Shown: piece after piece, positions 46,452-55,987 of the stretch
How positions within the stretch are numbered: position 1 is the stretch's first letter
Layout: each line of letters starts with the position of its first letter
Origin: Smithellaceae bacterium
Lineage (GTDB): Bacteria; Desulfobacterota; Syntrophia; Syntrophales; Smithellaceae
NCBI GenBank assembly: GCA_963667845.2
Contig: CAXXVL010000001.1
Location: 579,761 to 643,760, forward strand
Direction of reading: 5' to 3'
Length of the DNA stretch: 64,000 nt
Notes under the pieces: model-generated
Database searches by the model: none
What the model was told of the DNA's origin: nothing
Seen by the model: only the letters and a program-made list of their open reading frames with translations
Translations under genes and position numbers: made by a program

Positions 46452-48260
46452 ATGACAAAGCAAGATGTTCTGAAAAAATACTTCGGCTACGAAACCTTTT
46501 ATCCGCTGCAGGCCCAAATCATCGATCATGTCCTCGCCGAAAAAGACGCACTGATTTTGATGCCGACGGGCGGGGGAAAATCCATCTGCTTTCAGATCCC
46601 CGCGCTCCTCATGGAAGGCACGGCTATCGCCGTTTCTCCGCTCATCGCACTCATGAAAGATCAGGTGGATGCGCTCACCGCCAACGGAATTCCCGCGGCA
46701 TTTCTCAACAGCACCCAGACCCAGAAAGAAAACGCAGACGTCATGCGCAGGTGCCTCGGCGGCGAAATCAAATTGCTCTATGTCTCACCGGAGCGGCTGG
46801 CGGCGGCCTCCACGATCGGATTGCTGCAAAAGCTCAAGCTCTCTCTTTTTGCCGTCGATGAAGCGCACTGCATTTCTTCCTGGGGACATGATTTCCGGCC
46901 TGATTATCTGACACTCCATGTTCTCAGAGAAAAATTTCCGGCTGTGCCGCTTATCGCGCTTACCGCCACGGCCGACCGGGTGATCCGCAGAGATATTCTG
47001 CGTCAGCTCGCTATTCCCGGCGAACATCAGTTTGTCGCTTCCTTTGACCGGCCGAATCTGAGCCTCGCGGTCTATTCGGGGCAAAAACGCATCGAGCAGA
47101 TTCTCCGCTTTCTGGCCAGAAAGAAAAACCAGCCGGGGATTATCTACTGCCTCAGCCGTAAAACGACGGAGCGCGTGGCCGCAAAGCTTACGGACCGCGG
47201 CTACCGTGCGGCCTGCTATCATGCCGGAATGGATAACGGCGATAGAAGCGCCGTTCAGGACGCGTTTATCCGCGACAAGATTCAGATCATCTGTGCGACC
47301 ATTGCCTTCGGCCTGGGGATCGATAAATCGAATATCCGCTGGATCATTCACTACAGCCTGCCCAAAAACATTGAAAGCTACTATCAGGAAATCGGGCGGG
47401 CGGGGCGCGACGGAGCGCCGGCCGAGACGGTGCTGTTATACAGCTATGCCGATGTGAAGACCCATCAGGATATGCTCCGGGATTTACCGCCGGACCGGCA
47501 GGAGTTACTTTCGGCCAAACTCGACCGCATGAAGCGCTACGCGGAGGCAGATATCTGCCGCCGCCGGATTCTGCTGAGTTACTTCAACGAACAGCCGAAA
47601 GAAGACTGCGGCAATTGCGATGTCTGCAAAAACCCGCCCAGGAAATTCAATGGCACCATCCTCGCTCAAAAAGCGCTGTCGGCGATTGCCCGCACCCACG
47701 AAAGAATCAACATGACCACGCTGATCCAAATTCTGCGCGGCTCACACAGTGCGTTCATCCGGGAAAACGGTTATGATCAGATCAAGACATTCGGAGCCGG
47801 CCGGGATATCAAATACAATGACTGGGCGGAGTATATCTTTCAACTGCTCAATTCCGGCTTTATCGATATCGCTTACGATGAAGGTTATGCGCTGAAACTC
47901 AACGACCTGAGCCGGAAGATTCTGAAGGCGGAAATGGACGTGCTTTTAACCGAACCCGTGGAGATGGAAAAGAAGCTTTCCGCCATCGCCGCGCCGGCAA
48001 AAGAACAAGCCCCGGCCGACGGGCTGTTCGAGAAGCTGCGCGTGCTCCGAAAGACGCTTGCGGATGAGAACAATGTGCCTGCCTATATTGTGTTTTCCGA
48101 CAAAACGCTTCTGGACATGGCGGATAAGCGCCCCGGGGATGAAATGGAGATGCTGGCCGTGAGCGGTGTCGGGGAGCACAAACTCAGGCTTTACGGGGAA
48201 ATATTTCTGGATGAAATCAGGCGCCATTTGCATGAAGAGAGCAAGCAGTCGCCTCAATAA
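46452..48260 (+). CDS. recQ: ATP-dependent DNA helicase RecQ
   Basis: 'FGYETFYPLQ', 'PTGGGKS', 'DEAHCISSWGHDFRP', the Zn module 'CGNCDVC' and a C-terminal HRDC ('LRVLRKTLADENNVPAYIVFSDKTL'). Confidence 0.93.
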   Translation: MTKQDVLKKYFGYETFYPLQAQIIDHVLAEKDALILMPTGGGKSICFQIPALLMEGTAIAVSPLIALMKDQVDALTANGIPAAFLNSTQTQKENADVMRRCLGGEIKLLYVSPERLAAASTIGLLQKLKLSLFAVDEAHCISSWGHDFRPDYLTLHVLREKFPAVPLIALTATADRVIRRDILRQLAIPGEHQFVASFDRPNLSLAVYSGQKRIEQILRFLARKKNQPGIIYCLSRKTTERVAAKLTDRGYRAACYHAGMDNGDRSAVQDAFIRDKIQIICATIAFGLGIDKSNIRWIIHYSLPKNIESYYQEIGRAGRDGAPAETVLLYSYADVKTHQDMLRDLPPDRQELLSAKLDRMKRYAEADICRRRILLSYFNEQPKEDCGNCDVCKNPPRKFNGTILAQKALSAIARTHERINMTTLIQILRGSHSAFIRENGYDQIKTFGAGRDIKYNDWAEYIFQLLNSGFIDIAYDEGYALKLNDLSRKILKAEMDVLLTEPVEMEKKLSAIAAPAKEQAPADGLFEKLRVLRKTLADENNVPAYIVFSDKTLLDMADKRPGDEMEMLAVSGVGEHKLRLYGEIFLDEIRRHLHEESKQSPQ

Positions 48261-48584
48261 CGATTCAGCCGGTTCTTACGAGCCTGTCAGATATATATCT
48301 TCTCCTGTCCTGGCTATTGAATTTTGGTAAAGAAGGCTTGCTGAAAAATTAATCAATTAATTTGTGTGAGAGGGATGAAAAGAATTTGAAATTGACAGAA
48401 GAAGGGAACCGTCGTATACGGCGACCGTCGGCATGAAGTTCGGATCAGGATAGGTTGGGGAATTCAAGAACTGCCGCAAGCATCCGACAGTCATGCAAAC
48501 ATTCTTTACCGAGGGAGGTCATTTTTCATCGTGTTTTGCGCCGTTCATCCAATAGCTGAATTCCCTGTTTTGAATAAATGATCC

Positions 48585-49430
48585 ATGGAATCTGAGGCTT
48601 TAAAATATCCGTCCGTGCCGATGAATGTCTCCGGGGAGACGTCATCATCCATTCTGGTCGATAAATGCTCCATATCCTTTAAAAAAGGCGGTGCCGGACC
48701 TCCGCTGATCTTCTTCCACGGCTGGGTAGGCGACGAAGAGGCTTTCGCGCCCTGCCATGAGGCTTTCGCTAAACATTATACCGTATATAGCCCCGCCTGG
48801 CCGGGTTATGGGAAAAGCAGTCCTGTGCCGAATCTTGCTATCGAAGATATTGTCGAAATCGCGAGACGCTTCATTCTCGCCACCAGCCATACCCCGGTGA
48901 CGATTATCGGAAGTTGTCTGGGAGGGGCTGTGGCCATCGAGTTGATCCGGCTTTATCCGGAACTGGTGGATCAACTTGTCCTCGTCGAGGTGTATGATTA
49001 TCTGCCCTGGTATATGTATCCGCTGCTCATCCCCTATCTGAACGTCTTCGTCTATAACCTGGCATTCAAGAGCACGACCGGGTTTCGCATTCTCAATAGT
49101 CTTTTGACGACAAAATTTGCAGCGAACGAAGACGGATTTCGCTACGTGGCGGATGGTTTTCAGAACACAAACACCGGGGCAGCCCTTGATTTTCTGAAGG
49201 CCGTTAATCGTTTCGAAGGTCAATTATGCCGGGAGCATTACCGGTCGGACGTTGCCACGATCTACGTGCAGGGCGGGAAGAGCTTCAAACCCCTGTATAA
49301 ATTCAAAGAGACCGCTATTCAATTCTTCCGGAATCTGACAATCGTGTCCATGCCGGAATCTTTACATGTGCCGCTCGCCGAGCAGCCTGAGCTTTTCAGC
49401 GCCGAAGTACTGCATCATCTCGGCCGCTGA
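48585..49430 (+). CDS. Alpha/beta-hydrolase fold protein with Cys in the nucleophile elbow
   Basis: 'LIFFHGWVGD' oxyanion region. The elbow reads 'IIGSCLGGAVA' (G-x-C-x-G rather than G-x-S-x-G). Confidence 0.7.
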   Translation: MESEALKYPSVPMNVSGETSSSILVDKCSISFKKGGAGPPLIFFHGWVGDEEAFAPCHEAFAKHYTVYSPAWPGYGKSSPVPNLAIEDIVEIARRFILATSHTPVTIIGSCLGGAVAIELIRLYPELVDQLVLVEVYDYLPWYMYPLLIPYLNVFVYNLAFKSTTGFRILNSLLTTKFAANEDGFRYVADGFQNTNTGAALDFLKAVNRFEGQLCREHYRSDVATIYVQGGKSFKPLYKFKETAIQFFRNLTIVSMPESLHVPLAEQPELFSAEVLHHLGR

Positions 49431-49626
49431 TTCCTGCGGGCAATCCATCATTTTTCATTTCTTGCGGCATGCCCGATGAAAGAGCAATCCATTACTCAGG
49501 ATGAGTAAGTTGCGTGCTTGCTTTTCCCCGCTGTGTCCTGGTTCAACGGCAGTTTCACCCTCTTTACACTCGGGAAAATCTCATGTACATTGCATCGCAG
49601 GCCAAGCGCCGGCAAGGAGATAAAAA

Positions 49627-51810
49627 ATGGATATCAAGAGTCTGCTCACGCAGGCAAAAAGCGAAGGACGAAAGGCCTTGACAGAGGCCGAGGCCAAACA
49701 GGTTTTAAATCTCTACGGTGTTCCTGTTGTAAAGGAATGTGTAGCGAAAACGCCCGAGGAGGCAGCCGAACAAGCGGAATCATTCGGATTCCCCGTAGTC
49801 CTTAAGGGCCTGGGAACGAAATTAACCCATAAAACGGAAAGAGGGCTTGTCCACCTGAATCTCAAGGACCGCGGGGCAGTGATCGATGCGGCACAGGCCA
49901 TTGCGCAATCGGCAGGCAGCGATCTGGAGGGTTACCTTGTGTCACCGTTCGTCAGGGGACGGCGTGAATTTGTCGCCGGTATGTTTTGTGATCCCCAGTT
50001 CGGCCCCATTGTCATGTTCGGTCTGGGCGGCATCTTCACGGAGGCTATGGGCGACGTCGTTTTCCGTGTGGCTCCTCTGGACGAACATGAAGCGGCATCG
50101 ATGCTGGATGAACTTCGCGCCGCAAAACTTCTGGGTCCTTTTCGGGGCGATGCGGCCGTCTGTCGTGATGAGATCGTCAAGACGCTTGTTGCCCTCTCCC
50201 GGTTGGCCCTGGATTGGGAGGCCATCACGGAAGTGGACATCAATCCTTTGATTGTCGGTCCCGACGGCCATGTGACGGCCGTGGATGCTCTGATCATCCT
50301 TGGCGAAAGGCCGGTGGAAGTGGCCGCCCGTCCCCCTGTGGACCCGGGAGAAATCGGCAAAATGTTCAGTCCCAAGTCGATTGCCTTTATCGGGGCATCG
50401 GCCCAGCTCGGAAAATGGGGAAACATGCTGATGACCAATGTTCTGGCCGGCGGGTATGAGGGGGAGATCTATCTGGTCAACCCCAAAGCGGACACAATTG
50501 CCGGACGCAAAGTATATAAAACCATCGGCGATGTTCCCGGTCCCGTCGATCTGGCCATCGTCACCGTTCCGGCTCTCCAGTCGCTCGCGCTGATTCCCGA
50601 GCTCAAGGCCAAGGGCATCCGGTACATGCTGCTTATTTCATCGGGCTTCAGCGAAGTCGGACCCGAGGGCCGCGAACTGGAAAAGAAGCTGGTTCGTCTG
50701 GCCGCCGAAAACGGTGTCTCCGTTTTAGGGCCCAACACGATGGGCATCTGCAACCCGCATATCAAATTCTACTGTATCGGAACGCCGTGCTGGCCCAAGG
50801 CCGGCTCTATAGGACTTTTATCCCAGTCGGGCAATCTGGGAACTCAGCTGATGGCCTTTGCCGAAGCGGAAGGCATCGGCATCCGCTCGTTCTGCGGCTC
50901 AGGCAACGAAGCTATGATCACGATCGAAGATTACCTCAGAACCGCCGCCCTCGACGATGTGACAAAATCCATCATCCTGTATGTGGAAAGCATGAAGGAC
51001 GGACGGCGTTTCTTCAGAACCGCGCAAAAAGTGTCCCGCAGAAAACCCGTTGTCCTGCTCAAGGGCGGCAGGACTGCCGCCGGAAGCCGCGCCGCGGCCA
51101 GCCATACGGGGGCCATGGCATCCAATATTAAAATTCTCAACGCCGCCTGCCGCCAGGCCGGTGTGGTGCTCGCGGACCAGCCCATGGATCTGCTCGATTT
51201 GTCCGCCGCCTTTTCATCCTTGCCCCTGCCCAAAGGAAAGCGCGTCGGCATCATGACACTGGGCGGCGGCTGGGGCGTCGTCACGACGGACCTGTGCATT
51301 GAAAACGGTCTGGCGGTTCCGCACCTGACGCCGGATGTGATTGCCCAGATCAATCAGATCCTGCCGCCCTTCTGGAGCAAGGAAAATCCCGTTGATCTTG
51401 TGGGTGAGATGGGTGCGGATATTCCCGTAAAGATACTGGAGATCCTGGCCAAGTGGGACCAATGCGATGCCATCATCCATCTGGGCGTTGTGGGCAGGCT
51501 CCGCCTGATCGATACCATGATCAAGGCGGCCCGCGACTCCGGACAGGAAATCCGGCAGGATCTCTACGATTCGGGCATCAAGCTGTATAAGGATTCTGAA
51601 GCCGAAGTGTTTCAACGCAGCGCCGAACTGATGACGAAATACGGCAAGCCGATCCTGGGCGTGTTTCTCGATGACGTCCACAGCAAGACCATTACCGAGA
51701 TTCCCGGCAGCCCTTACAGCGGAATTGCCTTCCTGACGCCGGAACGCGCCGTCAAGGTGCTCTCCAGAATGGTTATCTACCAGGATTGGCTGAGAAGGGA
51801 AGGTATCTGA
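49627..51810 (+). CDS. ADP-forming acyl/acetyl-CoA synthetase family protein (fused ATP-grasp + CoA-binding/ligase-CoA domains)
   Basis: 727 aa. N-terminal ATP-grasp 'LTEAEAKQVLNLYGVPV...GFPVVLKG'. Then 'PKSIAFIGAS...GKWG' CoA-binding Rossmann fold, and 'SQSGNLG' and 'ASHTGAMAS' (phosphohistidine loop). Confidence 0.85.
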   Translation: MDIKSLLTQAKSEGRKALTEAEAKQVLNLYGVPVVKECVAKTPEEAAEQAESFGFPVVLKGLGTKLTHKTERGLVHLNLKDRGAVIDAAQAIAQSAGSDLEGYLVSPFVRGRREFVAGMFCDPQFGPIVMFGLGGIFTEAMGDVVFRVAPLDEHEAASMLDELRAAKLLGPFRGDAAVCRDEIVKTLVALSRLALDWEAITEVDINPLIVGPDGHVTAVDALIILGERPVEVAARPPVDPGEIGKMFSPKSIAFIGASAQLGKWGNMLMTNVLAGGYEGEIYLVNPKADTIAGRKVYKTIGDVPGPVDLAIVTVPALQSLALIPELKAKGIRYMLLISSGFSEVGPEGRELEKKLVRLAAENGVSVLGPNTMGICNPHIKFYCIGTPCWPKAGSIGLLSQSGNLGTQLMAFAEAEGIGIRSFCGSGNEAMITIEDYLRTAALDDVTKSIILYVESMKDGRRFFRTAQKVSRRKPVVLLKGGRTAAGSRAAASHTGAMASNIKILNAACRQAGVVLADQPMDLLDLSAAFSSLPLPKGKRVGIMTLGGGWGVVTTDLCIENGLAVPHLTPDVIAQINQILPPFWSKENPVDLVGEMGADIPVKILEILAKWDQCDAIIHLGVVGRLRLIDTMIKAARDSGQEIRQDLYDSGIKLYKDSEAEVFQRSAELMTKYGKPILGVFLDDVHSKTITEIPGSPYSGIAFLTPERAVKVLSRMVIYQDWLRREGI

Positions 51811-51939
51811 AGAGACTCGCGGATTCTGAACCGGTGAGGGTGGGATCCCGTATTGGCGGGGGGCTTTTTATCTTTTCCCCGCACGAAGAGGAAGTTCTTG
51901 TTCATTGCTCATCCAATTAAATTTATGGGAGGTGTCACT

Positions 51940-52761
51940 ATGAACGGCACAAAGAAATACGTCACAAAATGGCGTATGTTCTTAATCGTGGGAATCTTCA
52001 TCCTGTTGATTCTGGGAACGGCACTCGTGGCCTGGTCATGGGATCGATCCGGCAATAATTATTCCTTTACCGGAGGACGGGTATTGATTGGCGTCAGCTC
52101 TCTTACGTGGTCTCATTCAGGTGATGCCAATGCCTATCTTCAAGTTCACAATCCGGAAAACAATTCCAATAATTATGAAGTGGCGCGGTTCACTGCTAAG
52201 CCGGGCAGTAACAGGTTCGCTTATATCACAATAGGAGATGCTGTTCTTGAGAGCAAGGGTACGCAAGGATATATCGGCTATAGCCCGGGAGAAAGAAAAT
52301 GGGTTATCGGGACACATTTTAACGGACCAACGATGACTTTGAAAAGCGCCGGTGAGGGCGGTTATGTGGGTATCGGTAACACCAACCCACTATATCCTCT
52401 GCACTTGGCCAGTGGTGCGTATGTTTCAACCGGAGGCACGTGGACGAATGCCTCTAGCAGGGAATATAAGAATAATGTTCAAGGACTGAAGATAGAAGAC
52501 GCCATGAAGGCACTTCAGGGACTTCATCCCGTTACGTTCAGTTACAAGGTATCTCCCGAGGAGAACCACGTCGGGTTTATTGCCGAAGATGTTCCCAATC
52601 TAGTTGCAACGAAAGACCGCAAGGGATTAAGTTCAATGGACGTTGTAGCCGTTCTCACCAAGGTCGTGCAGGAGCAGCAGAAGACAATCAGGGATTTGCA
52701 GGAGAAGAATAGCAGGCTTGCGCAATTAGAGCAGCGGCTTCTTGTCTTGGAGGGAAAGTGA
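51940..52761 (+). CDS. Membrane-anchored tail-fibre-like protein with C-terminal peptidase-S74 intramolecular chaperone domain
   Basis: Start after 'gggagg'. One N-terminal TM helix. 'GYVGIGNTNPLYPLHL' fibre-type motif. C-terminal 'SSREYKNNV...LHPVTFSYK...HVGFIAEDVP...VVAVLTKVVQEQQKTIRDLQ' matches the auto-cleaving chaperone module of phage tail spikes and fibres. Confidence 0.72.
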   Translation: MNGTKKYVTKWRMFLIVGIFILLILGTALVAWSWDRSGNNYSFTGGRVLIGVSSLTWSHSGDANAYLQVHNPENNSNNYEVARFTAKPGSNRFAYITIGDAVLESKGTQGYIGYSPGERKWVIGTHFNGPTMTLKSAGEGGYVGIGNTNPLYPLHLASGAYVSTGGTWTNASSREYKNNVQGLKIEDAMKALQGLHPVTFSYKVSPEENHVGFIAEDVPNLVATKDRKGLSSMDVVAVLTKVVQEQQKTIRDLQEKNSRLAQLEQRLLVLEGK

Positions 52762-52776
52762 GCAGTAGAAAGGAAA

Positions 52777-52838
52777 TCAACCGCCTCGCAGCAAGCTGCG
52801 GAAAATTAACGCTCGTCCCCAAGTGAGCGGGATTAAAA
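52777..52838 (-). repeat. REP/MITE-like element family 1, copy E (short form)
   Basis: The minus strand reads 'ttttaatcccgctcacttggggacgagcgttaattttccgcagcttgctgcgaggcggttga'. Lies between convergent genes. Confidence 0.85.
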
Positions 52839-52920
52839 ACCCCCTTAAGCCTTTCGACTTAAGGGGGTTGTATTTGAACAGATCACGTTTGCCTGTATCT
52901 GAATCTGTATTGTCCGCCGA

Positions 52921-53196
52921 TCAGCTCACAATGTTTTTCACTGCATCAATAACCGGGTTGGTAAAGAGCGCCATCAGAATGGTGTAAAGAGCGAAGGCGC
53001 CGACAACTTCTGCTGTGTACATCTTGTTATACTTCCTCTTCAGGCTGACTAAAATCAATCCGCCCACAATCAGGCAGCCCAGCTGGAAATACGGGAAATT
53101 GGTTGCTCCCGCTGCCGCATATTCGGCAAATCCAAAGGTTGCCGTTAAGAGAACTACTGCCGCCGCCGCTACGATGGTTCCTAATGTCTTTTTCAT
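52921..53196 (-). CDS. Small membrane protein (91 aa)
   Basis: Signal/TM 'MKKTLGTIVAAAAVVLLTATFGFA' plus two further TM helices. SD 'aaggagg' upstream on the minus strand. Confidence 0.55.
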   Translation of the reverse strand: MKKTLGTIVAAAAVVLLTATFGFAEYAAAGATNFPYFQLGCLIVGGLILVSLKRKYNKMYTAEVVGAFALYTILMALFTNPVIDAVKNIVS

Positions 53197-53254
53197 GATC
53201 TGTTACCTCCTTGAGGGTAGTTTGTTTTTTGTGTTTCAATTGCCTTTTTACTAA

Positions 53255-53270
53255 TGAAAAGTCCGTGCCA
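53255..53270 (-). promoter_or_regulatory. Possible sigma-54 (-24/-12) promoter
   Basis: The minus strand reads 'TGGCACggactTTTCA' against the consensus TGGCAC-N5-TTGCW. Lies about 59 nt upstream of the ATG at 53196. The -12 element is imperfect. Confidence 0.25.
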
Positions 53271-53499
53271 AAATTTAACCAAGGCTAAAATACATAGGTA
53301 ACAATTCAATATATAACAATATTTTCAGATTTCCTGCCGGCCGTTAAAATCGAAAAATATTCTTTTCATGCATTTTCTTTCAATGAAATGTTCAACTGCT
53401 TAAACGAAATGTGGAAAAATAAAACGGGAACTTTTTTCATCTTTCCTTTGTCTAAACTTTAAAATCGCCAAAAGCGACATTTCGCAAAGGAGGCTTGAT

Positions 53500-55830
53500 A
53501 TGAAAAAAATCAAAAGATATCCATGGATCATTGTGTTGCTGCTGTTCTTTTCTTTGCAGGGGTTTGCCCAGCCCAATGGTGCGGAAGACCGGACGCTGTC
53601 CCCGTATTTTTTTGTTCAGAGCGATGACCCGTCCACGGATCGCCTGCCGCTTAAATCAACGGCGGCGGCGGTGACGATTTCCGGTGTCATCGCCGATGTG
53701 CTCGTCACCCAGGTCTATAAAAATGACGGCAAAAAGCCGCTGGAAGCCATCTATGTCTTTCCGGCATCCACAAGAGCCGCTGTGTATGGCATGAAGATGA
53801 CGATCGGAAAAAGGGTGATCGAAGCGAAAATCAAGAAGCGGGATGAGGCCCGCCGCGAGTATGAACAGGCGCGCGACGCGGGAAAGAATGCGTCCCTTCT
53901 GGAGCAGCAGCGACCCAACGTGTTTCAGATGAACGTCGCCAATATTATGCCCGGCGACGAGATCAAAGTCGAACTGAGATACACGGAGCTCCTGGTTCCG
54001 ACGAATCGCGTTTACGAATTTGTTTATCCGACGGTTGTCGGCCCGCGCTATTCCAATGCCAAAGCGTCGCAGGCGGCGCCATCCGAGCATTGGGTGGAAA
54101 ATCCCTATCTGCGTCAGGGCGAACTTCCGGCGACGACCTTTGATATGACCGTCGCCATCAATGCCGGCATGCCTGTCAAAGATTTGATCTGCTCCTCCCA
54201 TAAGGTGAATGCGGCCTATGAGAGCGCCTCGAAAGTGAAAGTATCGCTGGATAAGGCCGAAGCGCGCGGCGGCAATCGTGATTATATTCTGCGCTATCGT
54301 CTGGACGGGGATAAAATACAAACCGGCCTTTTGCTTTGGGAGGGCGAAAAGGAAAATTTCTTTCTGCTCATGATGCAGCCGCCGAAAAAGGTCACGAACG
54401 CCGTCATTCCGGGGCGGGAGTACATATTTATCGTCGACGTCTCGGGTTCGATGCATGGTTTTCCGCTTGCCATTTCCAAAAAGCTTCTCGTCTCGCTGAT
54501 CGGCAATCTGCGTCCGACTGATAAATTCAATGTGCTGCTCTTTTCGGGCGGCAATACCCTGATGGCGGAAGAGTCTCTGCCGGCAACGCCGGCCAATGTG
54601 CAAAGAGCAATCTCGGTGATCGATCATCAGCAGGGCGGCGGCGGGACGGAGTTACTGCCAGCGCTCCGACGCGCCCTGGCGCTAAAAAAAGATGATGGCG
54701 TCGCCCGGACGGTCGTCATTGTTACCGATGGTTATGTGAGTGTGGAAGAGGAAGCCTTTGATCTGATCCGCAATAATCTGGGCAATGCCAATATGTTCGC
54801 CTTCGGCATCGGTTCGAGTGTCAACCGCCACATCATCGAAGGCATGGCGCATGTCGGCATGGGCGAACCTTTTATCATCACCAGGCCGGATGCGGCTGAA
54901 GCGCAGGCCGCGCGTTTCCGCGAGATGATTCAATCCCCCGTACTCACCGGGGTGAAGGTCGGTTTTGACGGATTCAGCACGTATGACGTGGAACCCGTGG
55001 CGATTCCCGATGTGCTGGCGGGGCGGCCGGTTCTGGTTTTCGGCAAGTGGCGCGGGAATCCTCAAGGGTCGATCAGGCTCTCCGGCACGACCGGTGAAGG
55101 CAAGTATTCGCAGACCGTCAAAGTAGCGGACTATAAACCGTCCCGGGACAATGCCGCCCTCAGGTATCTCTGGGCGCGGCAGCGCATTACGATCCTGTCG
55201 GACTACAACAAGCTGCATAGTGACGACAAGCGCATCCGGGAGGTGACTGATCTGGGTCTCAACTACAATCTGCTCACGGCTTACACCTCGTTTGTCGCCG
55301 TCGATAATGAAGTGCGCAATGTGGACGGAAAGCCGACGACGGTGAAGCAGCCGTTGCCGCTGCCCGAAGGCGTCTCGGATTACGCAGTTGGCGGGCAGTT
55401 GAACTACGCTGCGGTCCCCGCCCCCACAATGTATAAGAGCATGCGGACGGGTGACAAGATGGAAAGCCGTCTTTCGAGAGACAAATCAGCCTTGCAGGAA
55501 ATTCAAACAGCCGGGAAAAAAGACAAAGAACAAAAGATCAGCATCGTCAGTGTGACGGCAGGCCAGGGTCTGGCGAAAGATGAAATGCTTAAAGTCGTCC
55601 GGGACGGATTAAGTGATCTGGAAAAGTGTCTTTCGGGAAAGAACTTATCCGGAACCATTAAAATCAACCTGACAATCAATGCGGACGGTACCGTAAAGAA
55701 TGTGGAAATTGCCCAAGGCGTGAGCGATGTGCAATTCCGGCAGTGTGTCATCCGGTGGATGCGGCTGTTGATTTTTCCGGCCCCGGCAAACGGGCAAACA
55801 GTGAGGGCAACTGTCCTTCTTAAAATGTAG
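53500..55830 (+). CDS. Secreted VIT + von Willebrand factor A protein with TonB_C/AgmX-like C-terminal domain
   Basis: Signal peptide. The VIT-like N-terminus ('LPLKSTAAAVTISGVIADVLVTQVY.N') and MIDAS 'FIVDVSGSM' are read directly. The TonB_C/AgmX-like C-terminal domain ('GTIKINLTINADGTVKNVEI') rests on weaker motif resemblance. Confidence 0.85.
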   Translation: MKKIKRYPWIIVLLLFFSLQGFAQPNGAEDRTLSPYFFVQSDDPSTDRLPLKSTAAAVTISGVIADVLVTQVYKNDGKKPLEAIYVFPASTRAAVYGMKMTIGKRVIEAKIKKRDEARREYEQARDAGKNASLLEQQRPNVFQMNVANIMPGDEIKVELRYTELLVPTNRVYEFVYPTVVGPRYSNAKASQAAPSEHWVENPYLRQGELPATTFDMTVAINAGMPVKDLICSSHKVNAAYESASKVKVSLDKAEARGGNRDYILRYRLDGDKIQTGLLLWEGEKENFFLLMMQPPKKVTNAVIPGREYIFIVDVSGSMHGFPLAISKKLLVSLIGNLRPTDKFNVLLFSGGNTLMAEESLPATPANVQRAISVIDHQQGGGGTELLPALRRALALKKDDGVARTVVIVTDGYVSVEEEAFDLIRNNLGNANMFAFGIGSSVNRHIIEGMAHVGMGEPFIITRPDAAEAQAARFREMIQSPVLTGVKVGFDGFSTYDVEPVAIPDVLAGRPVLVFGKWRGNPQGSIRLSGTTGEGKYSQTVKVADYKPSRDNAALRYLWARQRITILSDYNKLHSDDKRIREVTDLGLNYNLLTAYTSFVAVDNEVRNVDGKPTTVKQPLPLPEGVSDYAVGGQLNYAAVPAPTMYKSMRTGDKMESRLSRDKSALQEIQTAGKKDKEQKISIVSVTAGQGLAKDEMLKVVRDGLSDLEKCLSGKNLSGTIKINLTINADGTVKNVEIAQGVSDVQFRQCVIRWMRLLIFPAPANGQTVRATVLLKM

Positions 55831-55933
55831 TCCTCCGGTCAAGGTCGAGTCTTGAGATGCGGTCCCTTATGTATTTTACGACCCGGCCTTGACCTCCTCC
55901 TTGTTCCGGTGGATCCCCCCCCGGAAGTCCAAA

Positions 55934-55965
55934 CCGGCGGCTCGCCATGAACGGCGGGCTGCCGG
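55934..55965. terminator. GC-rich hairpin between convergent genes (possible bidirectional terminator)
   Basis: 13-bp stem (two G.U pairs) 'ccggcggctcgcc'/'ggcgggctgccgg' with a 6-nt loop. No clear U-tract on either side. Confidence 0.35.
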
Positions 55966-55987
55966 CAAGAGGCATACCGGCGAGCGG

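Noticed and set aside
51940-53196. Prophage or phage remnant around the tail-fibre-like gene.
   Set aside because: Only this single phage-like gene is present. There is no integrase, terminase, capsid, baseplate or lysis gene, no att-like direct repeats and no tRNA gene nearby. It is reported as an orphan gene instead.
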